Assembly (NCBI GenBank): GCA_963744995.1
Contig: CAVUWA010000002.1
Coordinates: 896,001 to 960,000, forward strand
DNA: 64,000 nucleotides
Direction: 5' to 3'
Source: Candidatus Eiseniibacteriota bacterium
GTDB taxonomy: Bacteria; Eisenbacteria; RBG-16-71-46
Below, piece by piece: positions 23,576 to 34,087 of the stretch. The notes under the pieces were generated by a model, which saw only the letters and a list, made by a program, of their open reading frames with translations, did no database searches and had not been told where the DNA came from. The position numbers were made by a program, and so were the translations under genes. Positions within the stretch are counted from its first letter, which is position 1, and every line of letters starts with the position of its first letter.

Positions 23576-24249
23576 CGCTGCTGCACCACGCCCGCTTCGC
23601 AGGCTGGGCGCGCGGGCACCTGCTCTGCCGCGTGGACGACGTCCCGGGACGCTTCGCGCTCACCTTCGACGACGGCCCGAGCACGATCGCGACGCCGCAG
23701 GTGCTCGACATCCTCGCGCGCCACGGCGCCCGCGCGACGTTCTTCACGCTCGCCTCCAACGTGCGGCGCGCGCCCGGGATCGTGCGCCGCATGGTCGACG
23801 AAGGCCACGAGGTCGCGGCGCACGGCGATCTGCACTGGCCGCTGCCGCTGCTCCCACCGTGGGGCATCGCCCGCGAGGTCAGGCGCTCGGTCGCCGCCGT
23901 CGTCGCCGCGGCCGGCGTCAGCCCGCGCTTCTACCGCCCGCCGTTCGGGTTCATGATGCCGGGCCAGTCCGCGTTCGTGAGACGGATGGGCGTCGAATCC
24001 GTGCTCGGCGACGTGTACCCGGAGGATCCCCACCGGCCGGGCGTCGAGACCATCGTGGCACGCGTGACCGGGCGCCTGAGCGCCGGCTCGATCGTGATCC
24101 TCCACGACGGCAGCCCGCTGGGCGAACAGGACCGCACCCAGACCATCGCGGCACTCGAGCCGATCCTCGAACACGCCGCGCGCTCGGGGCTCGCCTCGGT
24201 GACGGTGGCGGAGCTGCTCGAAGCGGAGCCGGAAGGGCCACCCGCCTAG
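23572..24249 (+). CDS. Polysaccharide deacetylase (NodB/CE4 family)
   Basis: LTFDDGP, ATFF, H.V..HG..H, RPPFG and ILHD motifs; SD AAGGAG. Confidence 0.9.
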   Translation: MTLLHHARFAGWARGHLLCRVDDVPGRFALTFDDGPSTIATPQVLDILARHGARATFFTLASNVRRAPGIVRRMVDEGHEVAAHGDLHWPLPLLPPWGIAREVRRSVAAVVAAAGVSPRFYRPPFGFMMPGQSAFVRRMGVESVLGDVYPEDPHRPGVETIVARVTGRLSAGSIVILHDGSPLGEQDRTQTIAALEPILEHAARSGLASVTVAELLEAEPEGPPA

Positions 24250-24373
24250 GGTCTTGCCGCGGCCGCCGGGAAGCCGCCATCGAACGGCCGCCTGCGCCGT
24301 GGGACCGCCCCGTCACCCACACTGCGGGCCGGCGTCGTGATCGACTAGACTCTGCCGGCCAAGGAGGATTCCC

Positions 24374-25570
24374 GTGAACCCATTCGGCAGGCACCGACTT
24401 CCGGAGTGGCCGCTCGATCCAGGCATCGTCTATCTCAATCACGGCACGGTGGGCGTGCCGCCCCGCCGCGTGCTCGCGGCGCAGCAGGCGCTGCGCGACG
24501 AGATCGAAAGATCCCCGTCGCGCTTCATGCTGCGCGAGCTCACCGGCGGAACGCCCGCTGCAGCGCCCGGACCGTCGCGGCTGCGACAGGCGGCCGCCGT
24601 CGTGGCGCCGTTCCTCGGCGCGCGCCCGGACGACCTGGTATTCGTCGAGAACGCGACCACGGGCGTGAACGCCGTGCTGCGCTCGTTCGACTTCGCGCCG
24701 GGCGACTCGGTCGTCGTCACCGATCGCGTCTACGGTGCGGTCGAGAACGCGGCGCGCTACGTCACCGGACGGCGCGGCGCGACGGTGCGGCGTGTGGACC
24801 TGCCCGTCTCGATCACCGATCCCGCGCAGGTGACCGAAGCGGTCGACGCTGCGATGGACGGCTCCACCAGACTCGTGATCGCCGACCACGTGACCTCCGA
24901 GAGCGCGCTCGTGTTCCCGATCACCGACATCGCCGCGCGCTGTCGCGCGAAGGGCGTACCGCTGCTGGTGGACGGCGCGCACGGACCCGGCGCGATCGAC
25001 TTCGACATCCCGTCGATCGGCGCGGACTGGTACACCGGCAATCTGCACAAGTGGTGCTGGTCGCCGCGCGCCTGCGCGATCCTCTGGACCGCGCCCGAGC
25101 GGCAGGCCATGACCAGGCCTGCCACGATCTCGTGGGGCTACGAAAAGGGCTACGTGCTCGAGTTCGACTGGAACGCGACGCGCGATCCGACGGCGATCCT
25201 GGCCGCGCCGGAGGGCATCGCGTGCATGGAGGAGCTGGGCGTGGACGCCGTGCGCCGTTACAACCATGCGCTGGCGTGGGAGGGCGCGCGCCTGCTGGCG
25301 CAGCACTGGGGCACCGAGTTCGTGACGCCCGAATCCATGATCGGCACGATGGCCACGGTGCCGCTGCCGGAGGACGCCGGGACGACGCCGGAGGAATCCG
25401 TGCGTTTGCGCCGGGCGCTGCTCTATGAAGACTCGATCGAGGTCCAGGCGCACGCGTTCGCGGGGCGACTGCACGTCCGCATTTCGGGACAGGTCTACAA
25501 CGACATGAGCGACGTGGAGCGACTCGCCCAGGCCGTGCAGGCACGGCGGCCGGCGGCGAAGAAGGGGTGA
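24374..25570 (+). CDS. Class V PLP-dependent enzyme (isopenicillin N epimerase / cysteine lyase-like)
   Basis: YLNHGTVG, NATTG.N, VDGAH and GNLHKW (PLP lysine) motifs. Confidence 0.88.
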   Translation: MNPFGRHRLPEWPLDPGIVYLNHGTVGVPPRRVLAAQQALRDEIERSPSRFMLRELTGGTPAAAPGPSRLRQAAAVVAPFLGARPDDLVFVENATTGVNAVLRSFDFAPGDSVVVTDRVYGAVENAARYVTGRRGATVRRVDLPVSITDPAQVTEAVDAAMDGSTRLVIADHVTSESALVFPITDIAARCRAKGVPLLVDGAHGPGAIDFDIPSIGADWYTGNLHKWCWSPRACAILWTAPERQAMTRPATISWGYEKGYVLEFDWNATRDPTAILAAPEGIACMEELGVDAVRRYNHALAWEGARLLAQHWGTEFVTPESMIGTMATVPLPEDAGTTPEESVRLRRALLYEDSIEVQAHAFAGRLHVRISGQVYNDMSDVERLAQAVQARRPAAKKG

Positions 25571-25582
25571 GGCCCGCGTCGG

Positions 25583-26452
25583 TCAGTGCGGCGTCACGAC
25601 GCGCGCCGCGTTTCTCCCCGTGCGCCTTTTCGGCTGACACGCGGGGCACCAGTACGTCGAGCGCTGACCCTGCACCATGTGGTGGATCTCGCCTCCGCAA
25701 CGGCGGCACGGCTCCCCGGCGCGGTCGTAGACGAACAGGCGCTCCGCGTAGCTGCCCGGTTCGTTCCAGAGCGTGCGGTAGAGGCTGAAGGTGGTCCCGA
25801 AGTTCGTCACGGCCTCCGCCAGCACGTCGCGCATCTCGTCGCGGATCGCCTGCCACTCGGCGGCGCTCACGCGCCCCGCGGCGCGCGCGGGATGCACGCC
25901 AGCGCGGAACAGGATCTCGCTCGCGTAGATGTTGCCGATTCCGGCCACGTGACGCTGGTCCATCAGGAACACTTTGACGCTGGCCGTGCGAGCGCGGGCG
26001 AGTTCGGCGAGCGCCTCGGCCGCCGGCGGCTCGGGAAACGGATCCGGCCCGAGCATGGCCAGCAGCGGCGCATCGTGCAGGCGCTCGGTCGCGTGCAGCT
26101 CGAGCATGCCGAAGCGCCGCGCATCCTGGAACCAGAGCTCGGCGCCGTCTTCGAAGAACAGCCGCACGTGCACGTGCGGCAGCCGCTTCACGGGCGGCTC
26201 CTCGTGAAAGAGCCAGCGCCCGCTCATACCGAGGTGGGAGAGGAGCGTGAGCCCTCCGTCGAGATCGATCATCAGGTACTTGCCGTGGCGCCGGAGCGCG
26301 GTGATCGTGCGCCCCTGGACGCGCTGCTTCCAGCCGCGGGTCATCGGGAAGCGCAGCGGTTTCGCCGAGGTCCGTGCACGGGCGATGCGGCGGCCACGCA
26401 CGTGCATCTCGAGCATGCGGCGCACGGTTTCGACTTCGGGGAGCTCGGGCAT
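25583..26452 (-). CDS. mutM: Formamidopyrimidine-DNA glycosylase
   Basis: N-terminal PELPEVE, HLGMSG, GIGNIYASE and C-terminal CRRC..CPACQ zinc finger. Confidence 0.97.
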   Translation of the reverse strand: MPELPEVETVRRMLEMHVRGRRIARARTSAKPLRFPMTRGWKQRVQGRTITALRRHGKYLMIDLDGGLTLLSHLGMSGRWLFHEEPPVKRLPHVHVRLFFEDGAELWFQDARRFGMLELHATERLHDAPLLAMLGPDPFPEPPAAEALAELARARTASVKVFLMDQRHVAGIGNIYASEILFRAGVHPARAAGRVSAAEWQAIRDEMRDVLAEAVTNFGTTFSLYRTLWNEPGSYAERLFVYDRAGEPCRRCGGEIHHMVQGQRSTYWCPACQPKRRTGRNAARVVTPH

Positions 26453-26534
26453 GCGGCGACGCTACGGGGGCGGGAAGAGGCGGTCAACCGTGTCGAAGGC
26501 CGCGGCCCGCCGCCGGGTCACGCCGCTCCAGGCG

Positions 26535-27080
26535 TCAGAGATTGCCCTCGACGACCTCGCCGAGCTCGTGCAGACCGAAGATCATGGTTCTGGGCGGGTG
26601 CAGCTGCCAGTACCAGACCTGGGTCACCCGTTGCGGGGGCGGACGCCACAGCATGACGCGCCCATGGGCAGCGGCCAGGTGTCCGTCTCGATCCCAGAGG
26701 TCGATGTGGTTGACGCCGACGCTGCACTTCCAGAATGCGATGCCCTGACCTTCCATGAGCGGGTAATCGCTCCAGGTGAAATTCGGTCCGGAGTGAGGCT
26801 CGAAATAGCGAATCGACCACCCGGACTTGCGACGGATGTGCTTGGCGAGCCCCTGCGCGCCGCGCGCCAGCTTCACCCCGCGCGCGGTCGTCCAGGTGTT
26901 GCCGTCGAAGCCGTCCATGGCTCTGGGTGACATTGCCTGAAGCGCGTAGCTGAGTCGCAGGGCACAGGTATTGGGGCTCGTCGCCGTCGTGTCACTGAAG
27001 GCGAACCAGGTGACGATTTCATCGCGTGAACCCTGCGGGTAATGGATGACGAGATCATCGAAACAATTGGCGCGCCACAC
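26535..27080 (-). CDS. Tae4-like (NlpC/P60-fold) peptidoglycan amidase
   Basis: NTCALRLSYAL and NHIDLW motifs, G+GI.FW strand, SD AGGAGG before GTG; less GC-rich than its neighbours. Confidence 0.72.
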   Translation of the reverse strand: MWRANCFDDLVIHYPQGSRDEIVTWFAFSDTTATSPNTCALRLSYALQAMSPRAMDGFDGNTWTTARGVKLARGAQGLAKHIRRKSGWSIRYFEPHSGPNFTWSDYPLMEGQGIAFWKCSVGVNHIDLWDRDGHLAAAHGRVMLWRPPPQRVTQVWYWQLHPPRTMIFGLHELGEVVEGNL

Positions 27081-27244
27081 GGGGCCCTCCTACGGCACGA
27101 TGGAAACATGTCGTGGACAGGAACGCTCAGAACCGTACCGAAGAGCCTACGTCCGGAGCGTGGTGAGGGCCAGAATTGAAGTCGGGCCGGGGCGCGCGGC
27201 ACGGGGCCGGGGGATCGGTACATCCGCGCCGGGTCAAGCGGCTC

Positions 27245-28710
27245 CTACGCGGAGGTCCCGGCCGCCGGAAGAATGACGCGGAACTCCGTCCGCCCCGGCT
27301 TCGAGCTCAGCTCCACGATGCCCCTGTGGGTGCCCACCACGGTCCGCACGATGTCGAGTCCGAGCCCGCGGCCCTGACTGACGTCCTTGGTCGTGAAGAA
27401 GGGATCGAACACCCGCTCCTGATCTTCCACGGGGATCCCCGGGCCGTCGTCGATGACGCGCACGACGACGGTGCCTTCACCCCGCGCCGCATCGACGGTG
27501 ATGCGCCCCGCCGCTTCCGCCGCATCGATCGCGTTGTCGATCAGGTGGATCCACACCTGGTTGAGGTCCGCGACCGAGCCCATGACCATCGGCAGATCGT
27601 CCTCGACGGTGAGATCCAGCGAGACGTTCTTGAGCGATGCTTTGGATCTCACGAGCGTCACCGCATCCGCGAGATGCTCCGCCAGCCCCATCGGCTCCAC
27701 GACCGGCGCTCGATCCATGTGCGTGTGCTTCTTCACGGCCGCCACGAGGGAGTGGATCCGCGTGGCCGCCGACAGGATGTCCGCCGCGAGGCCACGGGCC
27801 GTGGCATGGGCAGCGACGTAGTTCAGCACGACGGGTAATTGCTCGTGCCCCAGCGCGGCGGCGGCGTCGTCCAGATCGGCCACGGTGACGCCATGCTCGA
27901 TCAGAGCGTATGCAAGCCCGGGGGCGGCTCCATGAACCTCCAGCCAGCCCGTGCACTGATCCTCGAGATTCGCCCGCTCGATCGGCGCCAGCGGCTCGAC
28001 GGGCCCGCGTGCCGTCGCGGCCTCCAGCGATCGGAGCGCGGCCAGGGCCGCCTCGTCGAGGCCGGCCGCGCCGAGCGCAATCGACGCCGCCGCCAGATCC
28101 AGGCGGCTCACGTCCAGCTCTCCGGCGCCGCGCACGACGGCCGAAGCCGGGTTGTTGAGCTCATGCGCCAGTCCCGCGGACAGGCGACCGAGCGCAGCCA
28201 TCTTCTCCTGGTGCTTGTCGTCGGATTTGAACACGCGCACGCGCGCGAGCATCTCCTGGACGCATGCGGCGGTGAAGTCGTAGCACTCCCGCGTCATCTC
28301 GCGAAAGTCCTCCTGCCGGATCACCAGGAACTCGACCGGGCCGTCGGCCACGAGGTAGCCGCGGGGGTTGGTCATCCGGGAATACGGCAGGAATCCGCTG
28401 ATGCGTCCCGGCGTGATCTCTCTGATCTCGCGCTCGCTCCCGCGCTGATCGACGCGCACCGAGAAGCGGCCGGAAACGAGAACGATGAGCCCCGGGAAGT
28501 CATCCAGCCCGCGGAGGACGAATCCGTCGCCTCGCGGTGGAGCTCCCCGTGATTCACGAGCCATTCGAGTTGCTCGCGAGGGACATCCGCAAGATCCGGA
28601 AGCGCGGCGAGGTGCTCTGCGGTCGTCGATGTGCGGTTCGGTGGCGCCAGGGTTCGGCCTTCGCGGATCGGGGTCGAAGTCGGGTCGGGCGGGACGCAGA
28701 TCCCCGGCAT
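27245..28710 (-). CDS. cNMP-binding-domain sensor histidine kinase, frameshifted near 28535
   Basis: LAHELNNPA H-box, NAIDA, DDGPG, FDPFFTTK and GLGL. The N-terminal L.DVPREQLEWL segment lies in another frame. Start uncertain. Confidence 0.85.
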
Positions 28711-28917
28711 GATATCCCGGTCGGCGATCGTGCGCACGGCGCCGGGAGGCGCACAGGGGAGCAAGGATCGAACGCGGACGGGCACCGGGCCAACGGGCGG
28801 GCCGTCGGAGGCGGACGTGCCGCCCACGGGGAAGGTGACCACGGCAGCCCGGGCGCGGGCCGTGCCGGGGCGGCGGCGATCTCCGGCAAGCCGAGCGGCT
28901 CGCCGGGTTCCGGGCCG

Positions 28918-29082
28918 TCAGTGCGTGAGGAGGGAGCGGAGCCGCCGCTCGAGCGAAGTGTTCTCGATCAGCACCAGCGCCAGCACGGCCAGCGCGAACA
29001 CATGAACCCAGCCACCCATCGTCAGGCTGAAAGCGACTCCCAGCATCCACAGGGACGTCAGCGCCAGTTCGATCTTCCACAT
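28918..29082 (-). CDS. Small membrane protein, lmo0937/DUF5670-like
   Basis: 54 aa, LWMLG...TMGGWVH pattern, two TM helices, SD upstream. Confidence 0.7.
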   Translation of the reverse strand: MWKIELALTSLWMLGVAFSLTMGGWVHVFALAVLALVLIENTSLERRLRSLLTH

Positions 29083-29410
29083 GACGAGGCTCCTTCCTGC
29101 GGGGGAGCGGGGGGCCGGCGACATGCCGGGGGCGCGCCCACCGCCATCGCCACAGAGCAGCGGCCGTGCCATCGGGGGAATCCTGAGGCCAACTGACGAT
29201 TTCAGTGGGACTCCCGGGCCGCGCCCGCGACGAGCCGCCGGCCGTCAGGCACCGGCCGGAATCTTGCCGATCGGCGAAAGGCTGGCCGACGGACCTGACA
29301 CCGAACGGCGGCGTGCCACGGCGCGCGAGGCTGAAGCCGGGCAGGCGTGAAGCGGGAGCCGGCGTGAGCGGTCGGAGCTGCTCCGGTCACCTCCGCGAGC
29401 CGGCACGCGC

Positions 29411-29548
29411 TCAGCGCACGACCACGATCCGCGCGGCGCGCGCGTCGGCGCCGTGCCTCAGGCGCACGAAGTAAACGCCGGGAGTCACGCGCCGGTCGTC
29501 GGCGAGATGCAGGGTTTGACGTCCCGGCCCGAGGGACCCCACTTCGCG
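29411..29548 (-). pseudogene. Remnant of a T9SS/FlgD-type C-terminal sorting domain
   Basis: Minus frame reads REVGSLGPGRQTLHLADDRRVTPGVYFVRLRHGADARAARIVVVR*, like the other CTDs here, but the first half is missing. Confidence 0.65.
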
Positions 29549-29578
29549 GTACTCCGAGGGGGGAGTCTCGGGACGCTG

Positions 29579-30346
29579 CTACTTGGCGTTCAGATAGTGC
29601 GCGATCCAGCGCGGCAGCTCCGGTTCGGCGAATGCCGCGTCCCAGCTGTTGTGATTGGCGTCGGGGTAGAACGTGGCGCGAACATTGGTCGTGTCGAGCC
29701 CGCCGCTGCGCTTGAGCTCGCGCAGCCAGCGGACGATCTCCTGCGTCTCGTGGGGCGAAACGACGTCGTCCTTCAGGCCCTGGAAGCACCACACCGGCAC
29801 GTTGCGAATCCGCGTCGCGACGGTCTGCGCGCGGCCGTAGCCGCATACCGGCACGAGGCAGCGCCAGCGGTCCGGATACCGCGCGCCGATCATCCAGACG
29901 CCATGGCCGCCCTGCGACATGCCGACGAGCGCGACGCGAGCGGTGTCGATGCCGTAGGCGCGTGCGGCGTCGTCGAGCGCGGCGAAGGCGAGGTCCTCGT
30001 GCTCCCACCATTCCTCGTCCGCGGTGGGCTTCTGCGGGAACACCACGATGAAGGGCCAGCGCTCCGGGTGCGCCTCGAGCGCCGGGCCCAGACCGACGCG
30101 CGTGGGCTTCTCGCCGTCCGTTCCGGATTCGCCCGAGCCGTGCAGGAACAGGATCGCCGGCCGCTTCGTGCCGTCGTTCCTGTACCCCGGCGGAAGCCAC
30201 ACGGCGAAACGGTGCGCGGCCCCGTGCACGGCCACCTCGCGCTGGTCGAAGTGGCCCTTCGCGGGCGGGGGAGACGTGGCTTCCGACGAGAGCGCGAGGG
30301 TCACGATGAACAGCGGCAGCAGGGCGAACGGCGTGAGGGTCATCAT
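29579..30346 (-). CDS. Secreted alpha/beta-hydrolase (peptidase/esterase)
   Basis: Signal peptide, LFLHGSGE, GMSQGG nucleophile elbow, DDVV and HNSW triad residues. Confidence 0.85.
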   Translation of the reverse strand: MMTLTPFALLPLFIVTLALSSEATSPPPAKGHFDQREVAVHGAAHRFAVWLPPGYRNDGTKRPAILFLHGSGESGTDGEKPTRVGLGPALEAHPERWPFIVVFPQKPTADEEWWEHEDLAFAALDDAARAYGIDTARVALVGMSQGGHGVWMIGARYPDRWRCLVPVCGYGRAQTVATRIRNVPVWCFQGLKDDVVSPHETQEIVRWLRELKRSGGLDTTNVRATFYPDANHNSWDAAFAEPELPRWIAHYLNAK

Positions 30347-30507
30347 GGGGCACACCTTTGCGCGTCGCGACGCCGAGCGCAAGCCCGGGCGCCCGCGCGC
30401 GTCCGGCCGGCCGGCGCACGGCTCGATCCGCTTGCCGCGGGTGGGAGGGCGTGCTACACGGTGGCGGTCAGAGCCGCTTGCCGTCCCGCACATGGAGGTG
30501 GGGACCG

Positions 30508-31788
30508 ATGTCCGAAGCCCGCCGGCGCAACCCCTGGCTGTGGATCCCCTCGCTGTACCTCGCGGAAGGACTTCCCTACGTCCTGGTGATGACCGTCTCG
30601 GTCATCATGTACAAGAGGTTCGGCGTCTCGAACACCGATATCGCCCTCTACACCAGCTGGCTGTACCTCCCCTGGGTGATCAAACCGTTCTGGTCCCCGG
30701 TGGTGGATCTGCTGGGGACGCGCCGGCGCTGGATCTGGGTCATGCAGCTCCTGATCGGTGGCGGACTCGCAGGCATCGCGTTCTCGGCGCCGGTATCGAA
30801 CGCCGTCCAGTGGACGCTGGCCTTCTTCTGGATGATGGCCTTCCAGTCCGCGACCCACGACATCGCCGCGGACGGTTTCTACATGCTGGCCGCCACCGAG
30901 CGCGAGCAGGCGCTGTTCGTGGGCGTACGCACCATGTTCTACCGCATCGCGATGATCGCCGGGCAGGGGCTGATCGTGGTGCTGGCCGGCACGCTCGAGA
31001 CGCGCTTCGGCGACGTGCACCACGCGTGGTCGGTCACCATGGCGGCGCTGGCGGGAGCGTTCGTGCTGTTCGGTGCGTGGCATCTGTGGGTGTTGCCGAA
31101 GCCCGATGCCGATCAGCCCGGCAACATGCGCCGCGTCGCCGAATTCATGCGCGAGTTCGTCGCGACCTTCGGCTCGTTCTTCCGCAAGCCGAAGATCGCC
31201 GCGCTGCTCGGCTTCCTGCTGCTCTACCGCCTCGGCGAAGCTCAGCTCGTAAAGCTCGCCACGCCGTTCATGCTGGATCCGCCCGCTCAGGGCGGGCTCG
31301 GACTCACGACCACGCAGGTCGGCTGGCTGTACGGCACCGTCGGTATCGTCGCGCTCACGATCGGCGGCGTGCTCGGCGGCTGGGTCGCCTCGCGCCACGG
31401 GCTCAAGGCGTGGCTCTGGCCGATGATGATCGCGATCCAGCTGCCCGACGCCGTGTACATCTTCCTGGCGCACATGCAGCCGACGAGCCTGTGGATCATC
31501 CAGACCTGCGTGGTGATCGAGCAGTTCGGGTATGGCTTCGGCTTCACCGCCTACGTGCTCTACATGATCTACATCGCACGTGGCCGGCACCAGACGGCGC
31601 ACTATGCGATCTGCACCGGCTTCATGGCGCTCGGGATGATGATCCCCGGCATGTGGAGCGGCTGGCTCGAGGACCACGTCGGCTACGCGACGTTCTTCAC
31701 CTGGGTCCTGATCGCGACGATCCCCAGCTTCCTGATCGCGGCGCGCATCCCTCTCGAGCGGGACTTCGGGAGGAAGGCGGAGGGCTGA
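30508..31788 (+). CDS. ampG: AmpG-family MFS transporter (muropeptide permease-like)
   Basis: YLAEGLPY, LPWVIKPFWSPVVD and SATHDIAADGFY motifs; about 12 TM helices. Confidence 0.8.
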   Translation: MSEARRRNPWLWIPSLYLAEGLPYVLVMTVSVIMYKRFGVSNTDIALYTSWLYLPWVIKPFWSPVVDLLGTRRRWIWVMQLLIGGGLAGIAFSAPVSNAVQWTLAFFWMMAFQSATHDIAADGFYMLAATEREQALFVGVRTMFYRIAMIAGQGLIVVLAGTLETRFGDVHHAWSVTMAALAGAFVLFGAWHLWVLPKPDADQPGNMRRVAEFMREFVATFGSFFRKPKIAALLGFLLLYRLGEAQLVKLATPFMLDPPAQGGLGLTTTQVGWLYGTVGIVALTIGGVLGGWVASRHGLKAWLWPMMIAIQLPDAVYIFLAHMQPTSLWIIQTCVVIEQFGYGFGFTAYVLYMIYIARGRHQTAHYAICTGFMALGMMIPGMWSGWLEDHVGYATFFTWVLIATIPSFLIAARIPLERDFGRKAEG

Positions 31789-31943
31789 GCGGGCGGCGGC
31801 CACCGGACGGAGCGCGCGTGTTCCACCGCTCATCCGCCGCCTTCGCGTGGCGGTGGAGTCCGAGCAAAGGATTTCTGTCCCGACCTCGCATGGTTCGGTA
31901 GGATCTCAGCGACGAGCTGATTCCTCCAGCCCAGGGAGCCCTC

Positions 31944-32984
31944 ATGCCGCGCTGGCCGATTCTTTCGATCGCCGCCCTCGTCTTTGCGGCCCCTGCAGCA
32001 CGGGCGCAGCTCTCCGGAAACGCGCTGTCCCTCAGCGGCGATGACCAGTACGCCTGCACCGACGTCGCGATCGGACAGCCGGCGCAACTGACCTTCGAGG
32101 CGTGGGTGCGGGTTCCTGTCGACGCGACGCACGGGGTGATCGTCGGCAACCACTACCACGGCGTGCTGTGGGAGTCCGTGGAGTTCTGGAGCAACCAGTT
32201 CATCATCACCAGTTCGAACTCATCCGCCGCCCGTCAGGAGATCCAGTACAACTACCCGAACGACGGACAGTGGCATCATGTGGCCGCCGTCTGGGACGGG
32301 GCGAACCAGTGGGCCTGCATCGACGGGCAGTTGGCGAGCGGTCCGCAGGCGGCCCCGCTGGGGCCGTGGGCCTCCACCCAGCCGCTGTGCATCGGTGGTC
32401 GCGTCAGCGTCGACCAACCCCTCGCGGTGTCGGAGCTGCAGGGCCTCATCGACGAGCTGCGGATCTGGACCGTCGCGAGAACTCCGGGCCAGATTCAAAG
32501 CACGATGCATCAAACCCTCGGCCCCGAGTACTACGCGTCCGCCGACAGCAGCCTCTGGGCCTACTGGAGGTTCGACCAGCTCGAGGATCTCGGCGTGGGG
32601 ACCGCCGGCACGAACGACGTGCGTGACTTGGCGGTGACGGGCGCTCATGCGGACGTCGTGGGCGCAGCCCTCACGCACACGGTTTCGGTGCCTGCTGCGC
32701 GGCTGGAATCGCGAATCGAACTCGCGGCTTATCCGAATCCGACGCCGGCGAACTCCACCGTCCGCTTCGTGCTGCCGACGGAACTCGACGTGGATCTCGC
32801 CGTCTACGACCTCGGTGGCCGGAGAGTGCGGACGCTGATGACGGGCCCTCAGCGGGAGGGGCCGCATGCCGCGGATTTCGACGGGCGCGACGCCATCGGC
32901 AGGGCGTTGCCGAACGGCCGGTACTTCGTGCGGCTGAACGCGGGGAGCCGGACGCGCACGGTCGGCCTCACCCTTCGGCACTAG
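31944..32984 (+). CDS. Secreted LamG/concanavalin-like protein with FlgD-Ig/T9SS-type CTD
   Basis: Signal peptide, TFEAWV, WHHVAAVWDG, GLIDELRIW; CTD YPNP..YDLGGRRVRTL..GRYFVRL. Confidence 0.85.
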   Translation: MPRWPILSIAALVFAAPAARAQLSGNALSLSGDDQYACTDVAIGQPAQLTFEAWVRVPVDATHGVIVGNHYHGVLWESVEFWSNQFIITSSNSSAARQEIQYNYPNDGQWHHVAAVWDGANQWACIDGQLASGPQAAPLGPWASTQPLCIGGRVSVDQPLAVSELQGLIDELRIWTVARTPGQIQSTMHQTLGPEYYASADSSLWAYWRFDQLEDLGVGTAGTNDVRDLAVTGAHADVVGAALTHTVSVPAARLESRIELAAYPNPTPANSTVRFVLPTELDVDLAVYDLGGRRVRTLMTGPQREGPHAADFDGRDAIGRALPNGRYFVRLNAGSRTRTVGLTLRH

Positions 32985-33163
32985 CCGGGCGGCGCCGGTT
33001 GCCCGCAGCGCCGGCGCCGTTCACCGGTCCGCATGCGTCCTGCAGCGCGCACCTGCACGGGAAGCCGAACGCCGAACTCGACCTCGCCGGTTGCCGCCAG
33101 TAGCGGGCATGGGCGAAACGATCCGTTGAGCCGGTTCTGCCCCGAGAGTAGGCTCACCCCGCC

Positions 33164-33781
33164 ATGACGACGATGCTCGACGCCGATTCGGCGCGCTGGC
33201 TCGCCGAGCTGCGCAGCGAGGGGCCAGTCCGGACTCGGGCGGTTGCACGCCTTCACGCCATGCTGAATGGCGTGGCTCGAGCCGAAGCCGCGCGCCGCCG
33301 GGCACTGCTCCCGGCGGATGTCGTGGCGGACCTCGACGACCTGTGTCTGCAGGCGGCCAATGACGCCGTGGTCGCGATACTCGGCAAGCTGGATCGTTTC
33401 CGCGGGGCGAGCCGGTTCACGACCTGGGCCTACAAGTTCGCGCTTCTCGAGACGTCCGTGCGCTTGAGGCGCAGGGCATGGAGTGCCCGACGCGTGGCCC
33501 TGGACGAGGCATCGTGGGGGCGCCTCGCGGACCCATCTGGGGCATCCGAACTCTCCATCGAAGAGAAGGAGCTGCTGACCGCCGTAAGAGAACTCGTGGA
33601 GACGAAGCTAACCGAGCACCAGCGTCACGTGTTTCTGGCGGTGGTGGGGGACGAGATCCCGATCGACGTCATCGCCGAACGCCTCGGCAACACTCGTGGC
33701 GCGGTGTACAAGACACTGCACGACGCCCGCCGAAAACTGAGGAATGCAGCGGCTACCATGGGACTCCTGGGGGCGGAATGA
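33164..33781 (+). CDS. ECF sigma-70 factor
   Basis: F.G.SRFTTWAYK (region 2) and IAERLG.TRGAVYKTLHDARRKLR (region 4). Confidence 0.9.
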   Translation: MTTMLDADSARWLAELRSEGPVRTRAVARLHAMLNGVARAEAARRRALLPADVVADLDDLCLQAANDAVVAILGKLDRFRGASRFTTWAYKFALLETSVRLRRRAWSARRVALDEASWGRLADPSGASELSIEEKELLTAVRELVETKLTEHQRHVFLAVVGDEIPIDVIAERLGNTRGAVYKTLHDARRKLRNAAATMGLLGAE

Positions 33782-34011
33782 AAGAGGATCTGCGCAATCG
33801 ACTTCTCGGGAGCGGCCCGAGGGACGCAGGCTGCGATGCCGGCTTCGAGGTGCTCGATGAGTATGCCGAAGCCGTGGCGCAGGGCCGCGATGTCGCGCGG
33901 CTGTTCCCCGGGGTGGTCGCGCACCTGGCCAGTTGCGCGGCCTGCCGCGAGGACACGGAGGGACTCATCGCGGCCTTGAGGCTGCCGATGCCCCCCGACG
34001 AACCCAGGTAA
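33778..34011 (+). CDS. Small Zn-binding (HxxxCxxC) anti-sigma factor
   Basis: C..GF..LD.Y and HLASCAAC; ATGA-coupled to the ECF gene. Confidence 0.8.
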   Translation: MKEDLRNRLLGSGPRDAGCDAGFEVLDEYAEAVAQGRDVARLFPGVVAHLASCAACREDTEGLIAALRLPMPPDEPR

Positions 34012-34087
34012 GAACCGGAAGTTTGACGTCGCCAATGGGTCGAACATCACCCGGATGCCCCGGGTGCATGAACCCAGGAGACGTCCC

